Source of the DNA: Lingula anatina
Taxonomy: Eukaryota; Animalia; Brachiopoda
Assembly (NCBI GenBank): GCA_051362555.1
Contig: CM120643.1
Span: forward strand, 11,036,001 to 11,100,000
Direction of reading: 5' to 3'
Length of the DNA: 64,000 bases
Position numbers and translations under genes: made by a program. Shown here piece after piece: positions 12,301-25,400 of this stretch (its first letter is position 1; every line of letters starts with the position of its first letter). Below the pieces are notes generated by a model. It saw only the letters and a program-made list of their open reading frames with translations, had not been told where the DNA came from and ran no database searches.

Positions 12301-13089
12301 CTTTTTAAAAAAAAAGATTGTATATCGGTCCATGTCATTCCACCTCCGTTTACTGTCTTGCTCTTGCACTCGTCCCGAGGTGACCTCGCGTCCACATAGT
12401 CTATTTTCTCCACTGTTCTCACATTTTCGTCATGTTTTAAAGTGGACAGTCCACACATTGACCCATGTATTGTGCAAATAACGATCTCCGAAGGGAAAAT
12501 GAAAATGAAAGTACGGGGAAAAATTTTCCATTCGATCATTAAGCGCCCAGAACTGATCTGGGGGATTTCCCTTGGACTATTTCCCCGATGACTTCCGAAG
12601 TGAGTTGTTTTTACAGGTACCTCTGACGAGGAATTCACGTGGTTTAACAATGGGGTTGACTTGTACAATCGTTTTAGTTTAAACTGAATTGTTACAAGGA
12701 GATCTATGATTGTTCTTGCAGTCTTACCGACTCCCCCTCCCCCCTCCCCCCCGCCCACCCTACCTAGACTCAGCTTGAATTTATCTAGCAACTTATTAAA
12801 TATCCACGGCTTTGACTTCTCTTATTGTTTGTCCCAATACCTTAATATAATTTACGCCTGTCGGATATTTTGGATTTTAAGACTCTCCCTCAAATGTATA
12901 CTGTACGTCAGTGAGCTCAAGCCGAAAGGAAAATAGTCAATAACAGTGCTTTTTATTTCGTTAAAATGTCATCCATTTAATAATGGATGCACGTCACGAT
13001 TTGACATAGGCATAACACGACGAGACAAACATAAACCCTTCTGCATGGTGGAACTCAAGCTCTGTATATCATGATAAAAGGTGTGTAAT

Positions 13090-13126
<37 letters not shown>

Positions 13127-13561
13127 AGCGGAGAGCGCTAGCAACGGGGGTTGTCAATTACAGAAGTCAATGCTGCCTTATCTTAATTATAAAATAGAAT
13201 TTAGTGTGAATATATTTATTACTGTGAAAATTTCTACTACGTGCAGGCAGCACGATTGAATGTAAATTCTGTTTTGCGACTTTGGAAATACCCATTGTGC
13301 TACTCCACAAATCGAGCCGAATAGCTGCACCCATAGTCTTTTCTGTATTCTCTTTTTTTATTGTATCTATAGGCAAGGTGATGGCAACAGGAGCAGATTT
13401 CAGCATGCGGCATATAAACTACATGTACTGTGGTCTGCAAGACGTAAAATATATCTTGATCACGCATTATTGTGGTTATGTTTGTCAGGCTCTCTCTCCT
13501 GCAAGAGAAGACAGCATGACAGGATAGGTGACATTGAATGCAAACGAATCTTATTAAATAT

Positions 13562-13730
13562 ACAGGCCCGTTGACTGGGGGATTCGGGGGGTTCGAAAGA
13601 ACCGCCTTTTTGTCGGGAAAAGGCCCATTCTGGGTAAAATTTGACCCAAGTACACAAAGGTTCCATTGTAAAAGGTCAATTTTTTTCAGAAAAGACCCCC
13701 CCCCCTTTTGAAATTGCTCGCTACGGACCT
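13562..13730. mobile_element. Short non-autonomous DNA element (CAGGCCCG...GCTACGGACC family); relatives at ~26035-26205 and ~38805-38995
   Basis: Shared internal sequence GGAAAAGGYCCA..AAAAGGTC..TTTTTCAGAAAA..CCCC..TTTTGAAATT and imperfect terminal inverted ends. Confidence 0.55.
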
Positions 13731-13952
13731 TGCTACGTATGTGCAAACCATAAAAGATTCGAAACTACAGCTTCTCCCGTTGCGATTTCATCATTTTAAC
13801 CCTCTCTCTTGTTTTAAAACAAAACGCTCAGCTCATTTCAGTCAGCTCAGTGCGCTGTAACCCCAACGTAAGGTTAACAGTGGTCGTCCTCTTTTGTCAA
13901 TACCTCATAGTTTTCAGTTTATTAACCTTCTGAAAATAAGATAACCTCCACC

Positions 13953-16900
13953 ATGCTTCTGGTCATTGCCACGTCTGTTCTTCCATGTCTTCTACTGCTG
14001 TGTGGTGGTGTGGCGTCCTACCCGTCAGGGGCGTACATACCGTCCGGCGCGTGCGACTCCATGCTACCCAGCCCAAACGCGGACTCAGGCCACGGAGCAG
14101 CGCAGCAGACCGGGTCCAACCCCTTTTCTTTGGTCCTAGGAGCGTCCAAGTACACCCCCGGCCAGCCGTATAACGGTGAGTAGTTACCTTCCACAGGGAC
14201 CACAGAGAAATCTGTACACTTGATAGTCACGGGTATCTGACTGTTTACATTAGCTGTGCACATTTTTATTCTATGCCCAGCAATGATTTTGACACTTGAA
14301 GAGCGTCAATACCCTTTGGAGCTCTGGTAGAAAATAGTAGGCTAAGTACTAGAACTCTCAGTGAAATGCATTTTCAACAACCTCTTTGTATTTCAAACGA
14401 ATTCAAATAACCTCTTCTCCTATAAACCCAAATTCTCAGCCTCGTCTGAAAAAGACGAGACTTGTCAGTTTGCAATAGTGAAACGATTCTATTACGGCTC
14501 TGTAAGCCGTCATATTTGGGACGATGCAGTGCGATTTCTATGAGCAGTGTGGTGTTATGGGAAACCCCATCGTGCCTTCACTATTTAAATCTTTCGGGCT
14601 TAAAGGGGTAGAGTAGTATCGAAAATTCAGGAAGTGAAACTAGTTGTGACCCGAGCATTAAAGATGAATGAAAAACTTATACAGAGCAGCCAGGATCTCT
14701 TTCGTAATTTTTTTTGTCATATTTTCAGTGATTTTTCGGTAGGTAGGCCTATATACTTTAAATATCGAAGTGTTGGAGGGAAATTCCAGTATTTTCTAGG
14801 TAGTTGTTTTGTTTCTCGCATTTTTACAGGACAGTAGATTTTTGATCTTCGTACGCGTTCTATGTTTGTTTGGAATCGTTGGTAGGTTACAAAATGACGT
14901 AAGATCAAAATGTTGGTCCTCTTCATTTCAGATTAAATTCCAAAATAAGGTAACTGTTGTCTAGCATTTCACCTATATCATGCTTCTTAGAAATCAGACG
15001 CAATATTATATATAAGCAGAGTGATTTATTTTATGCAAAATCGATCACATTTTTGTCTGAAAGTGACCTTTTCACACGGAAATTATCCCTGTAGGATATT
15101 TCTAAGCAAAAAGGAGCAGAACGGAAAAGATAAAATTGTATGACATCCCTAATTTTTAGAAGTTGATGAATTCATCTCTGAGAAAAAAATTCCACATAAC
15201 AATAACAACATCATAAATATTGGTATTATAATAATTAGCTAGCTTTACCCGTTTTTGTTTACCTACGTGGGAAGAAACAACGTGTAACTTGCTTACAAAC
15301 GCATTTTAATGTAAATATTATGTTTTCATTTAACTGTTCATTTCACTTATTTCAATGTCGCATACCGAGTGTGTCTGCGTCTCCACTGGAAGGAAAAAGA
15401 AAGTTATAAGCATTGGCACTTTCTAGAATAAACACAATTAAAAAAGCATCAAACGGCGGGGATCATCAGGACTCCATGACATGACACATTTTTATGCAAA
15501 TAATTCAACCACAAAATTGTTGACTCACCTTGTGCTTTTAAACAGGTTCTTATGCCCGGACATGAACATGTAGTTCTAGATTAAAATTTATTATTGTCAT
15601 TATCACAATATATATTTCTTGTTTAGCTCATTTAGTGCATTAACAGAAGGGTCTTTCCACAAAAACTTAATTTTTATGCAGTGGCCCAGACACAACTTTC
15701 ATGTCCAGTAGCAATAGGCCTACTGTGTTGACCGGCAACCCCCTCCCTGCACCTATGCTATCGAAATTACGTGCCTAAGACCTACACCAGTCTTAGACGA
15801 TCCTTGTCTGAACACAGCGCTTAGTATGCGCACCTTTTTTTTTTTTTTTTTGCTTCGTAATGATGACGGTGTAGATTGGAAGCTGCACAGCTTTTTAATT
15901 CAAATCAAAGCGTAATTTGCTTGTTGAAAAGATAAATGCGTGAATTCCACGGCACAGTTAATTGGTCCCGTTTCGTCTGCACACTGAAGTGCCACGATTT
16001 TTTAAATAAAGAAGCAATGAATAAAGATAATAGCGACCACAGGTCAATTTCTTACCTTTCCGTTTCCAACTTTCAGTTTCTCTAATTGGACCTAGTCACT
16101 ATGAGGGGTTCATGATACAAGCCCGGTCTAACACCACAGGGAGCAGAGTTGGGACGTGGCAGACATCTACTCTGACGGTTCTGAATGAAAACTGCAGCGG
16201 TGCAGAAGGCAAAGCGCTGGTTCACAAGGCGACACTAGAGGGTACAGGGAACATGACTTTCACGTGGACAGCGCCGCCTGCAGGCACCGGATACGTTAAA
16301 TTTTAGTAAGCACACGTAGGGATTATAAATCTCATTTTTTGCAAAAAAAAAATATATATATATAATAATAATAATAAATAAATAAATAATAATTATTATT
16401 ATAATGATCGAAATTACCCTTGATTGCGTTGACGGCACGTCCTGTAAATCGGCAATGCCGTGCTCATCCGTCTAATTATTTAAAGAGAAAAACACATTTC
16501 TCGAAGAGTTTGTTTTTAAATCTCAGCTAGGTGCATCATTTTTTAATATAAATGGCATTTCTGTCAACTCATATTAGACAAAGGAAAATATAAAGAACAG
16601 TTTTGAGTGTTTGATGCGGATGATAGGATTAAAAACAGACAGACAGACATCATAACATCCTTTGATTATTTTCAGTGCAACAGTGGTGCAAGAGAAGGAG
16701 GTGTTCTGGGCGAAGTTCCCAGGGCCGATGTTGGTGGGAGAGGTAGGCCTATGTAGACGATTCTCTTCTAAGAGAGGGATTGAGAGGAGGGAGAGAGACA
16801 ATGTGGAAGAGAGAGAGAGAGAGAGAGAGATAGAGAGAGAGAGAAAGAGATGGGGCGGGGAGAAATAAAGAGATAGAGATACGGTTGGAAAAGAGAGAGA

Positions 16901-17100
16901 GAGAGAGGGGGCGAAAGAGAGAGAGATGGGGGTGGAGGGAGAGATAGAGAGAGACGTGGGGGTTAAGTGTATGCATAAGCCGAATTCTTATCCTTGCCGT
17001 GTTTACTATATTTTAAATCTTCTCTAGTTATGTATTTTCATCTTTTAGTTTTCTAACCAACTAATCAACATTTTTATTTTTCTAGGATCCATGTCCGTAA
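13953..17100 (+). CDS. Secreted single Reeler-domain protein (defense protein / FRRS1 reeler-like), ~178 aa
   Basis: Exons 13953-14175, 16077-16305, 16676-16742, 17086-17100. Signal peptide, then YPSGA..ACDSMLP..H, YTPGQ, YEGFMIQAR, VGTW, FTWTAPPAGTGYVKFYATVVQ..VFW, which are reeler hallmarks. Confidence 0.9.
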
Positions 17101-17197
17101 CTTGCCACAGTAGCTCAGGGGACCGCTGGCGTCAAGCGATCACAGGAGCATATACATATGAATTATTTTTCCATTAATTCAATAGCTTTAAAAAATA

Positions 17198-17251
<54 letters not shown>

Positions 17252-18499
17252 TACCAAACTATTTGCCCACATTAATATCCTAGCCATTTAACTATTGCTC
17301 TGCGACTCAAGCCCGCCCCCCCCCCCCCTCACCGCTGTCACAGAAGGGAATAAAGATACTAAATGCCACATCCCCCCGGATTTAAAAAAACTTTGAATGA
17401 CTTTGAATGGTAGAAAAGATAAGTCGCTTGAAGACGTAGCCCAAGACTAACCCTGTTTTAATTAAAACATGCCCCCCAAACAAGCGTTTATGATAAAAAT
17501 GGTGTTAAAATTTGGGATTATTCTACATTTTACACGTACATATCTCTATCATTAGTTATTTGATCACTTATCAAAGAAAGTGTGTGAAGAGAAATCATGT
17601 GAGATATAGCATTTTGGTTTGCTTAGGCCTTTGTGTTCAAGTACAGTAATTTCAACTAAAAGTCCTGGAGACTGGGATCGAATCTACCATTAAACAAACA
17701 CACGCCACATGTATGTTGTACAATGTAGCAATAAGAACAATAATAATGATAATACACGAAACAAGTATTTTATTTGCGTTTTCAATTGCTGGTTTTGATA
17801 AAAATGTGGGTTTCTTATGATCTGTTTAAACACTGGCGTGCTTTCGTGGCTAGGAGTCCTACTCATTGGACACTGTTGACAGTCACTTTGTATGTGTTTT
17901 CCGCATCATTTGAAACCTCTGAGGTAAGCCTGCAGCTGGTTTCAATATAATTTGATTTTTGTTTTATCTGATTAAATGCCTTTGTCATCGTTTGCCAATA
18001 TAATCGCCCATGTGCAAATCTATGTATCGAAGCATTGTGCAATTGCAACTAATTATTTTCTTAAAACAAAGCAAGTTCAAGTCATATTACAGTAAATAGT
18101 CTCACAACTTATGATACTTTTAAACAAAAAAAGAAAAACATCAAATCTTCCTTTAAGATAATTTACGCCACAGTAAACGGGACACTTTCGCTCTAAAGAA
18201 TTTCTATGGTGTTTTTTATTTGGTCGACAGAAATGTACTTTTAATGACGACTGCGCATTAACATTAACATTACGTAAAAACATAAACGCTCTTGCGTGAC
18301 GGAAGTTCACCCTAACTAACGACTGCGCCAAAGGATTCAGTATAATCCTATGTGGAAGAAGAGGGTGCAATGAGGGGAGGGGGGGTCAGTGATGGAGAAT
18401 TGGGTGTGGTGGAATAAAAGTCATTTATTACAGGCGTCAGGTGTCCTTTTCAACTTCTGTGAAATGACTTTGATCAAAGCACTAAATGCTTTTGAAGAA

Positions 18500-21489
18500 A
18501 TAGCCATAATCTAAACGTGCGCCGCGCACTTTAGTTGGCAAACCCTTTGGAGTAGACGAACAATTTCCGAATGAGATCAATGAAAAGAGAAAGCTTTTGA
18601 TGCCCCGTTTGAGAGCAGCAAAAATGGGTTGGAAAGAAGGCTGTTTTGGTTGTGGATAAATTATTCATTGACGATCGTGAGTTTATCCCCCCGACATGCA
18701 TCAGAGCACGGCACGTGGAACAAGTACTACTCAGCAGGATGTGATTCATGCCACGGGTCAACAACGCGCTCGCAGCCTGTCAGACCGTACCGAGAGAGGA
18801 AGACGAGGGAGACCTCGCTAGACGAATTTGCAGTACACCCGTCACATGGAACATTGATAGCGCTAACAACTTGAAATGGCAGAAATTATCAGCGTAAACT
18901 GTCAAGGTATGGGGAGTTTTGAGAAGAGAAAAGACGTCTTTCAATATTTACGAAATTTGAAATGTAATATCCTCTGTTTACAGGATACACATTTTATTAT
19001 GAAAAAAAAGCTCAGATAAGGAATGAATGGGGTTACGAAGCCTATTTCAGTTCTTATATTTCAAACGCCCGAGGCGTAGCAATTCTATTACAAAATAACA
19101 TAAATTTTAAATTGCTACAGGAATTCAAGGACGAATCCGGGAATATACTTATTCTTACATTTGATCTTGATGATAAAATAGTAAAAGTTGCAAATATCTA
19201 TGGTCCTAACACTGATAACCCCGCATTCTTTGATCGATGAAATAGACAGTGAATTCCAAATAATCTGTGGAGATTTTAACCTGCTTCTGAATCCAGATAC
19301 TGATTACTATAATTATTCACGGATAAATAACCCAAAGGCAAGATTAAGTGTTTTAAATATGATAAAAGAAAACGGCTGTGTAGACCCACATGGAGAACTA
19401 TATGGCAATGTGTCTAATTTCACTTGGCGAAAAAGAAATCCAGTTAAACAACCCAGGCTGGATTTTTTTCTCACCTCAGATAATTTAGTTCCAAATTTGG
19501 TCTCAGTTAGCACCCTACTTAGTGATAGATCAGATCACTCACCAATTAAACTTCAAGTAAAATTTGACAGTTTAAGCAAGGAAGAGGACTTTGGAAATTT
19601 ATTAATTCCCTTCTATGACATGACCTATGTCGAAAAAATTAATGAAGCCATACGAGATTTTAAAAATGAATATTGCATTCCTATATATAATCTTGAAAAT
19701 ATTGACAACATTCCTGACCAGGAATTGCAGTTTATGGTGAATTATCAGATGTTTCTAGAACTTTTGCTTTTACGTTTAAGAGGAACGACTATTTCGTATG
19801 CATGTTTTAAAAGAAAAAATTACAAGAGGTAGAAAAAGGGCTTATGAAAGAAATAGAACAATTAACAGAAGATTATGAAAATTCTGATGCCCGTCTTCAA
19901 CTAGAATTTGAAAGGAAAAAACAACAGTTAGTTGAGATGAGAAGTGCAAGGTTAAAAGGTAGCATTATTAGATCGCGCGAGAAATGGTTAACTGATGGAG
20001 AAAAACCCAAAAAATATTTTTTCAGACTTGAAAAAAGAAGATTTACAGAAAAAATTATTCCCCGACTTCAGGTTGGTGAAAATGAATATATTACTAAACA
20101 GAATGAAATCTTAAAAGAAACAAAAAAGTTTTACGAAAAATTGTACTCAGAAAATACACAGTATGCTGATATTGACTGGCAAACAAATTAAAAAGATTTT
20201 AATGTACCAAAACTGACTACAGATGAGAGGGAAAGCCTAGAAGGCCCAATAACTAACGTTGAAGCCAAAATATTCCTCACTAAAATGAAAAATGATTTAA
20301 AGTCCAGGTTCGGACGGATTTACTGTGCAATTCTTAAAGTTTTTTTTTTTTTTTTTTTTTGGACGAAAGTAGGGACCTCTGTCATACGATCTTTAAATTA
20401 TGGTCTTACACATGGGCAGCTCTCTGTCACCCAAAGGGAGGGAATCATAACATGCATCCTGAAGGAGGATAGACCAAAACAATTTCTAAAAAAATTGGCG
20501 CCCTATTACACTATTGAATACCGTTTACAAGATTGCCTCAGGTGTCGTACCAAGTAGAATAAAAACGATATTGGATAAATTGATAAGTAAAGAACAGACT
20601 GGTTTCTTAAATATAAAAGGGAGATACATAGGGGAAAATACTCGTTTAATCTACGATCTCATGCAATATACTGAGGAAAACCATATACCTGGAATATTAC
20701 TTCTAATAGATTTTGAGAAAGCATTCGATAGTATATTTTGGAACTTTCTAAATCAAGTTCTTATCTTTTTTAATTTCGGTCTAGACATAATAAATTACAT
20801 TAAAACTTTTTATAAAAATATTACTTCAAGAGTAAATCAAGGAGGTCATTTATCCGAAATGTTTTAACCACAGCGTGGCCTGAAACAAGGTGATCCGATA
20901 TCACCATATTTATTTTTGATATGTTCTGAAATTCTTTCAGTAAGCAGAAAGAATAACCCTCAAATTAAAGGAATACAAATTGGGGAAAATGAATACAAGA
21001 TATTGCAATATGCAGATGACACGTCCATAATCTTAGATGCTTCTGAACAGTCCCTTAACGCCTCCCTACAGGATCTAAGATGGTTTGAAAAAATTTCGGG
21101 TTTAAAAATGAATTATGACAAAACTCAGGTTATTTGGATAGGGAGTAAAAAAAAATTCAAAAGAGAAACTGTGCAATAATTGGACACTAATATGGGGTGC
21201 AACGTCTTTTAAATTATTAGGTATTAAATTCTATGTTGAACTAGATACTATATGTGAAAAGAATTATCGGGAAAAAATTGAAAATACTGAAAGATTACTA
21301 ATTATGGGAAAGACGAATTTTGACCCCCTAGGCAGAATTACAGTAATTAAAAGTCTCATGATATCGAAATTTAACCATCTTTTTATTTCACTGCCTAACT
21401 CATCTAACCAAATAATTAAGGAGCTAAAAAAGTTAATCTTTGGATTTCTTTGGAAAGGTAAGCCGGATAAAGTAAAAAGGGAAATATTA

Positions 21490-21523
<34 letters not shown>

Positions 21524-21899
21524 TGGAAAACTAAATATGATAAATGTAGAAGCTTCAATAATGGCATTAAAGGAGGTAGAAACTATATACCATATACTTT
21601 GGGATTGGGATATTGTACAAAATTTCTTACGCCAAGTAGAAGCATGGTTAATTTCCTGTAATATATATTTAAATTTCAGTAATATACCGTTTATTCTAAT
21701 TGACATTAATGAACGCAATGTATCCAATATAATCATGACTATACACATTAAATTTTTCATATACAAAACAAAATGTCAGAAAGACGCACTGTCACTCAAA
21801 AAAACTTCAACTTTATTTAGAAAATATATACAAAATCTATAAGAAAAAATACACTGTATCTCAAGATGTAGAAAAATTCAATGTTATATGGCAGAAATG
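18500..21899 (+). mobile_element. Decayed L1/Tx1-clade non-LTR retrotransposon (ORF1 C-terminal remnant + frameshifted ORF2 APE-RT)
   Basis: ORF1 remnant FGVDEQFPNEINEKRKLL..VVDKLFID. ORF2 from ATG 18876: IISVNCQG, LCLQDTHF, GDFN, RLDFFL, SDHSPI (APE); IDFEKAFDS, QGDPISPYLF, QYADD (RT). Many frameshifts and an internal deletion near 21560. Confidence 0.93.
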
Positions 21900-22448
21900 C
21901 ACAGTACACTTTTTTCATTCGTTTAATACGGAGTAAGGTAACATCTATACCGGTATCTGGTCTATAATTCAATCATGCTATTAGTCTCTAGTTCAATGTT
22001 TAATCATTTACTAAGACTTTGTAAGTACTGAAAAAAATATTGCCACCCTAAGATTTCTGTTCAACCTATAAGAAATACGGTGTGAACATTTCGGAAATAA
22101 GTCACAATAATTGTACTAGAAAAACATAACCTGCCACATTCTACAAAAGCACTAATATTTTAGAAGTCACCAGGGGCAGACACGTTTTTCCCCATCATAG
22201 TTTTTTTTTAAGATAGTGCTTTCAGTTAAGTATAATATGAACTTAATCAAACAGCAGACATATATCTCAAATGCAGGTAAAAAATTACAATTTCGTAAAG
22301 GACATGACAACGGCTGCTTTCTCAAATTGTCGTTGTTTTCATGACCATTGCTATGCCTTATATACAAATCAAAATAAAAGGAAATTTGATATAATTGTCT
22401 TATAACAGGGTATTTCAAGAAGTCATTTAGCCACACAAAGGGTACTAG

Positions 22449-25400
22449 TTATTTCAATAAGAACAATAAAATAAGTACATCGAGGACGGGAAATACCGAA
22501 TTCATTCGCGACGCAATCGAAGTGGGACGCACAGCCTCTCTAACAAATGTGGGTGGGTCCCTCTGTTCCAATGACTCGAACGTTACAGCGTCTATGTCAC
22601 CAGACTCTGCGTAGAGACTTTTGAATAATACTCCATTTAGTCTGAGAACAAACGCAGGACCAATTCCTTCGCCGTAGAACTCGTCTCCTCCAACGGGGTA
22701 CAGCTTCCAGCGACCAAATGGACCGTAGAACATGCGGAGAAAGTTCTCCTCGTCCTTGTGAATGATTTCGATTTCGTCATACAGCGGCTCCTTAAATTTT
22801 CCTGTGTAACTCCTAAGAAGTCTATCCGCAGTCCCTGGCGTTCCTTTGGTAGGTTTTGTCGAGTTTGGAGGGTCCGCAAAAGGCTCAGGGAAGGAGCAAA
22901 CTGAGGAGCTATTCAACCACGGACGTTCTCCAAGGAAAAGGTCCAAAATAAGCATCCCCAGCGCCTGCTTCTTTAGCCATGAACTAGGCATCGTGTTGAA
23001 GGTGTAATATATGCCAAGCCCTTTGGATGGAATGAGAACCAAATTTGAAGAGAATCCCCATGATAATCCAGTGTGAGTAACCATGGGATAACCTGAAATA
23101 TTGATTAAAAGTTGGTTTTCTGAGAACGGTTGGCGCTTTCTTTCTCTCTCTCTCTCTCTCTTTTTTTTTTTTTTAAACTAAAACTCACAATTTGCTCGTG
23201 GAGGCGATTGCTTTCTTTTAAAATCAAAACATCTTTTGTGATTGACAACCATGCATACAATTATTACCTCGGTAACTGCCAATCCTCCACCCGAATCCAT
23301 AGTGGGAAACATTGAACGTGACTGGGATGATAGGAGTGGAAAGATATTTGTCCAGTGAAGACGGGCAAGCAATATTCGGTCTGTACGTCTCCTCTAACGC
23401 ATTCACCGACACAACCTGCGACTGATCATGAGCTTTGCCCGAGTTGAGGTGAAACAGCAGCCACTTTGCCATATCCACGGAGTTGCTCAAAATGGAACCA
23501 GAGGGAGAATTGCGGGCCCAGGATCTAATAATGAACGGATTAACATTATCGCAATAAGAACTTTCAACCAGATTAAATAAGATGTTGTCGAATTGTCAAT
23601 TTGAAAAGGTGATGACAAAAAGTAGATCTGAATAAAAAGAAAAACAAGATCAAACTATTTGACGTTGAAACGGAAATTCCGAACACAAGCTATCGAAAAC
23701 TATCAATAATAATAATAATAATGATAATAATAATAATAATGATAATAATAATAATTATTATTATTATTATTATCTGATATCAAACTCACTTTAAAAACTC
23801 TAAAGAGCCTATCCTCAATCCTCCGGGCCGTTCATCATCGTAATAGTGGGGAGATGCAATTGACAGTCCGTCTAACTTGGCGGTGGATATAAAAGTGGTG
23901 GTATCCATTCCCAGTGGAGAGAGAATGGTAGCTCTCACCGCCTCTTCCCAGCTCAGGCCAGTAAGTTGCTCCGTGATGAGACCGGCTAGCCCGTACATTT
24001 GATTGTTGTAAAAGTACTCCGCACGCAGCGGGGCTGAACTGTTGAAATACTTAAGCTTCCTGAAAAAAAAAAAGCGGCCGCACTGTTAGTTCGCTATGGT
24101 CAGCTGCTATGACATAGGAAATAATGGGCCTATTGTCTGACAGTCACGACTGAAGGAGGAGAAAGCGGGACAAAATGTAGGCCTACTTTTCGCTTCAGTT
24201 GCCCCCTTAACCTACCAACAATCATGGTAGAAAATTGGGAAAGAGAACCCCCAATCCAACTGTAGATATACAGGATTACTAAAAACGTAAGCAGCTAGTG
24301 ATACCATGATACACTAGTGTAAAGATCTCTGTCCTTTATTGTTACAAATTGAAAATCACAGTCATAGAACTCTATCGTTTCAATATCAAACATCTTCTTT
24401 ACGTCATGGCATCAACGATAGGATAATTTTAGCAGAAACTATTACGGAGAATACGTTGCCGTTGATTAATTAATTTGTTTATTTATTCATTTATTTATTT
24501 ATTTACGGTGCAATTGACTAGTACCTGACATTGCATGGTTCGCCATTACACGAAGGCAAAGATCGTTCAAAGAATTGGACTTCCCTAAGTAGCAATCTGA
24601 TAGCTTCTATTATGTCTGTTATTTGCAACATTAATAAATAGCATTTAGTGACATTTCAGCTTAGGGACAGAGAAAGACAAAACATCCCAAAAGTCTAAAC
24701 TTTTACGCACATGTTTTGGATTTGACAGATAAATCTTCAGTGTTAAATAACTAAATTTCATTGCATTTACACTAGTACATAGTGTCATATAACATATAGC
24801 CTTCCAAAAAAGGGACTGTGCTGCACTCATTACCAACAAGTGTACTGGCAGTTGAGTAGGTAGAGCCAATTGGGCTCTGCCAAAAATGTTTTGTATTTTT
24901 CTTACAAGTAGTCGTACTATATAACGATTTAACATAATTCATATTTATTTATATTTGCATTCCTATTGTACATTTTCATCTACCCATGTAGATGCATACG
25001 ATACAATGAATAAAGTATATAAAGTATATAACAGCTGACGTTATAATTAATAGATTGTGATTTTGGGGAGAAGATCGCTAAAAAGTTTCTCAAGGTTTCT
25101 GCGCACCCACGAACACCATTTAAACGCCAATGTAACGACACCATTGAGTACTTCAGAACCTTAGCAGCAATTTTATTTAAAAGCCTGACTTCGCAATATA
25201 TCGTTATAAAGGCAAATTAATCCCTTTTTCATTGAAACATTGTAACAGGGGCCCATAATTCCTTGACATAAACTTTGAAACCGGTTTCGGGGCAACCTCA
25301 ATTTGACGGCAAGGGGTTAAAGCCCATAATCCTATTGTCACCTATGCCATTTTCGTGATAAGATCTTGTTTAGGGATGTAGTTATGTCCCATGCCTATTG

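Noticed and set aside
12222-12791. 189-aa minus-strand ORF
   Set aside because: No recognisable domain, non-ATG start, includes a low-complexity G-run; likely spurious or repeat-derived.
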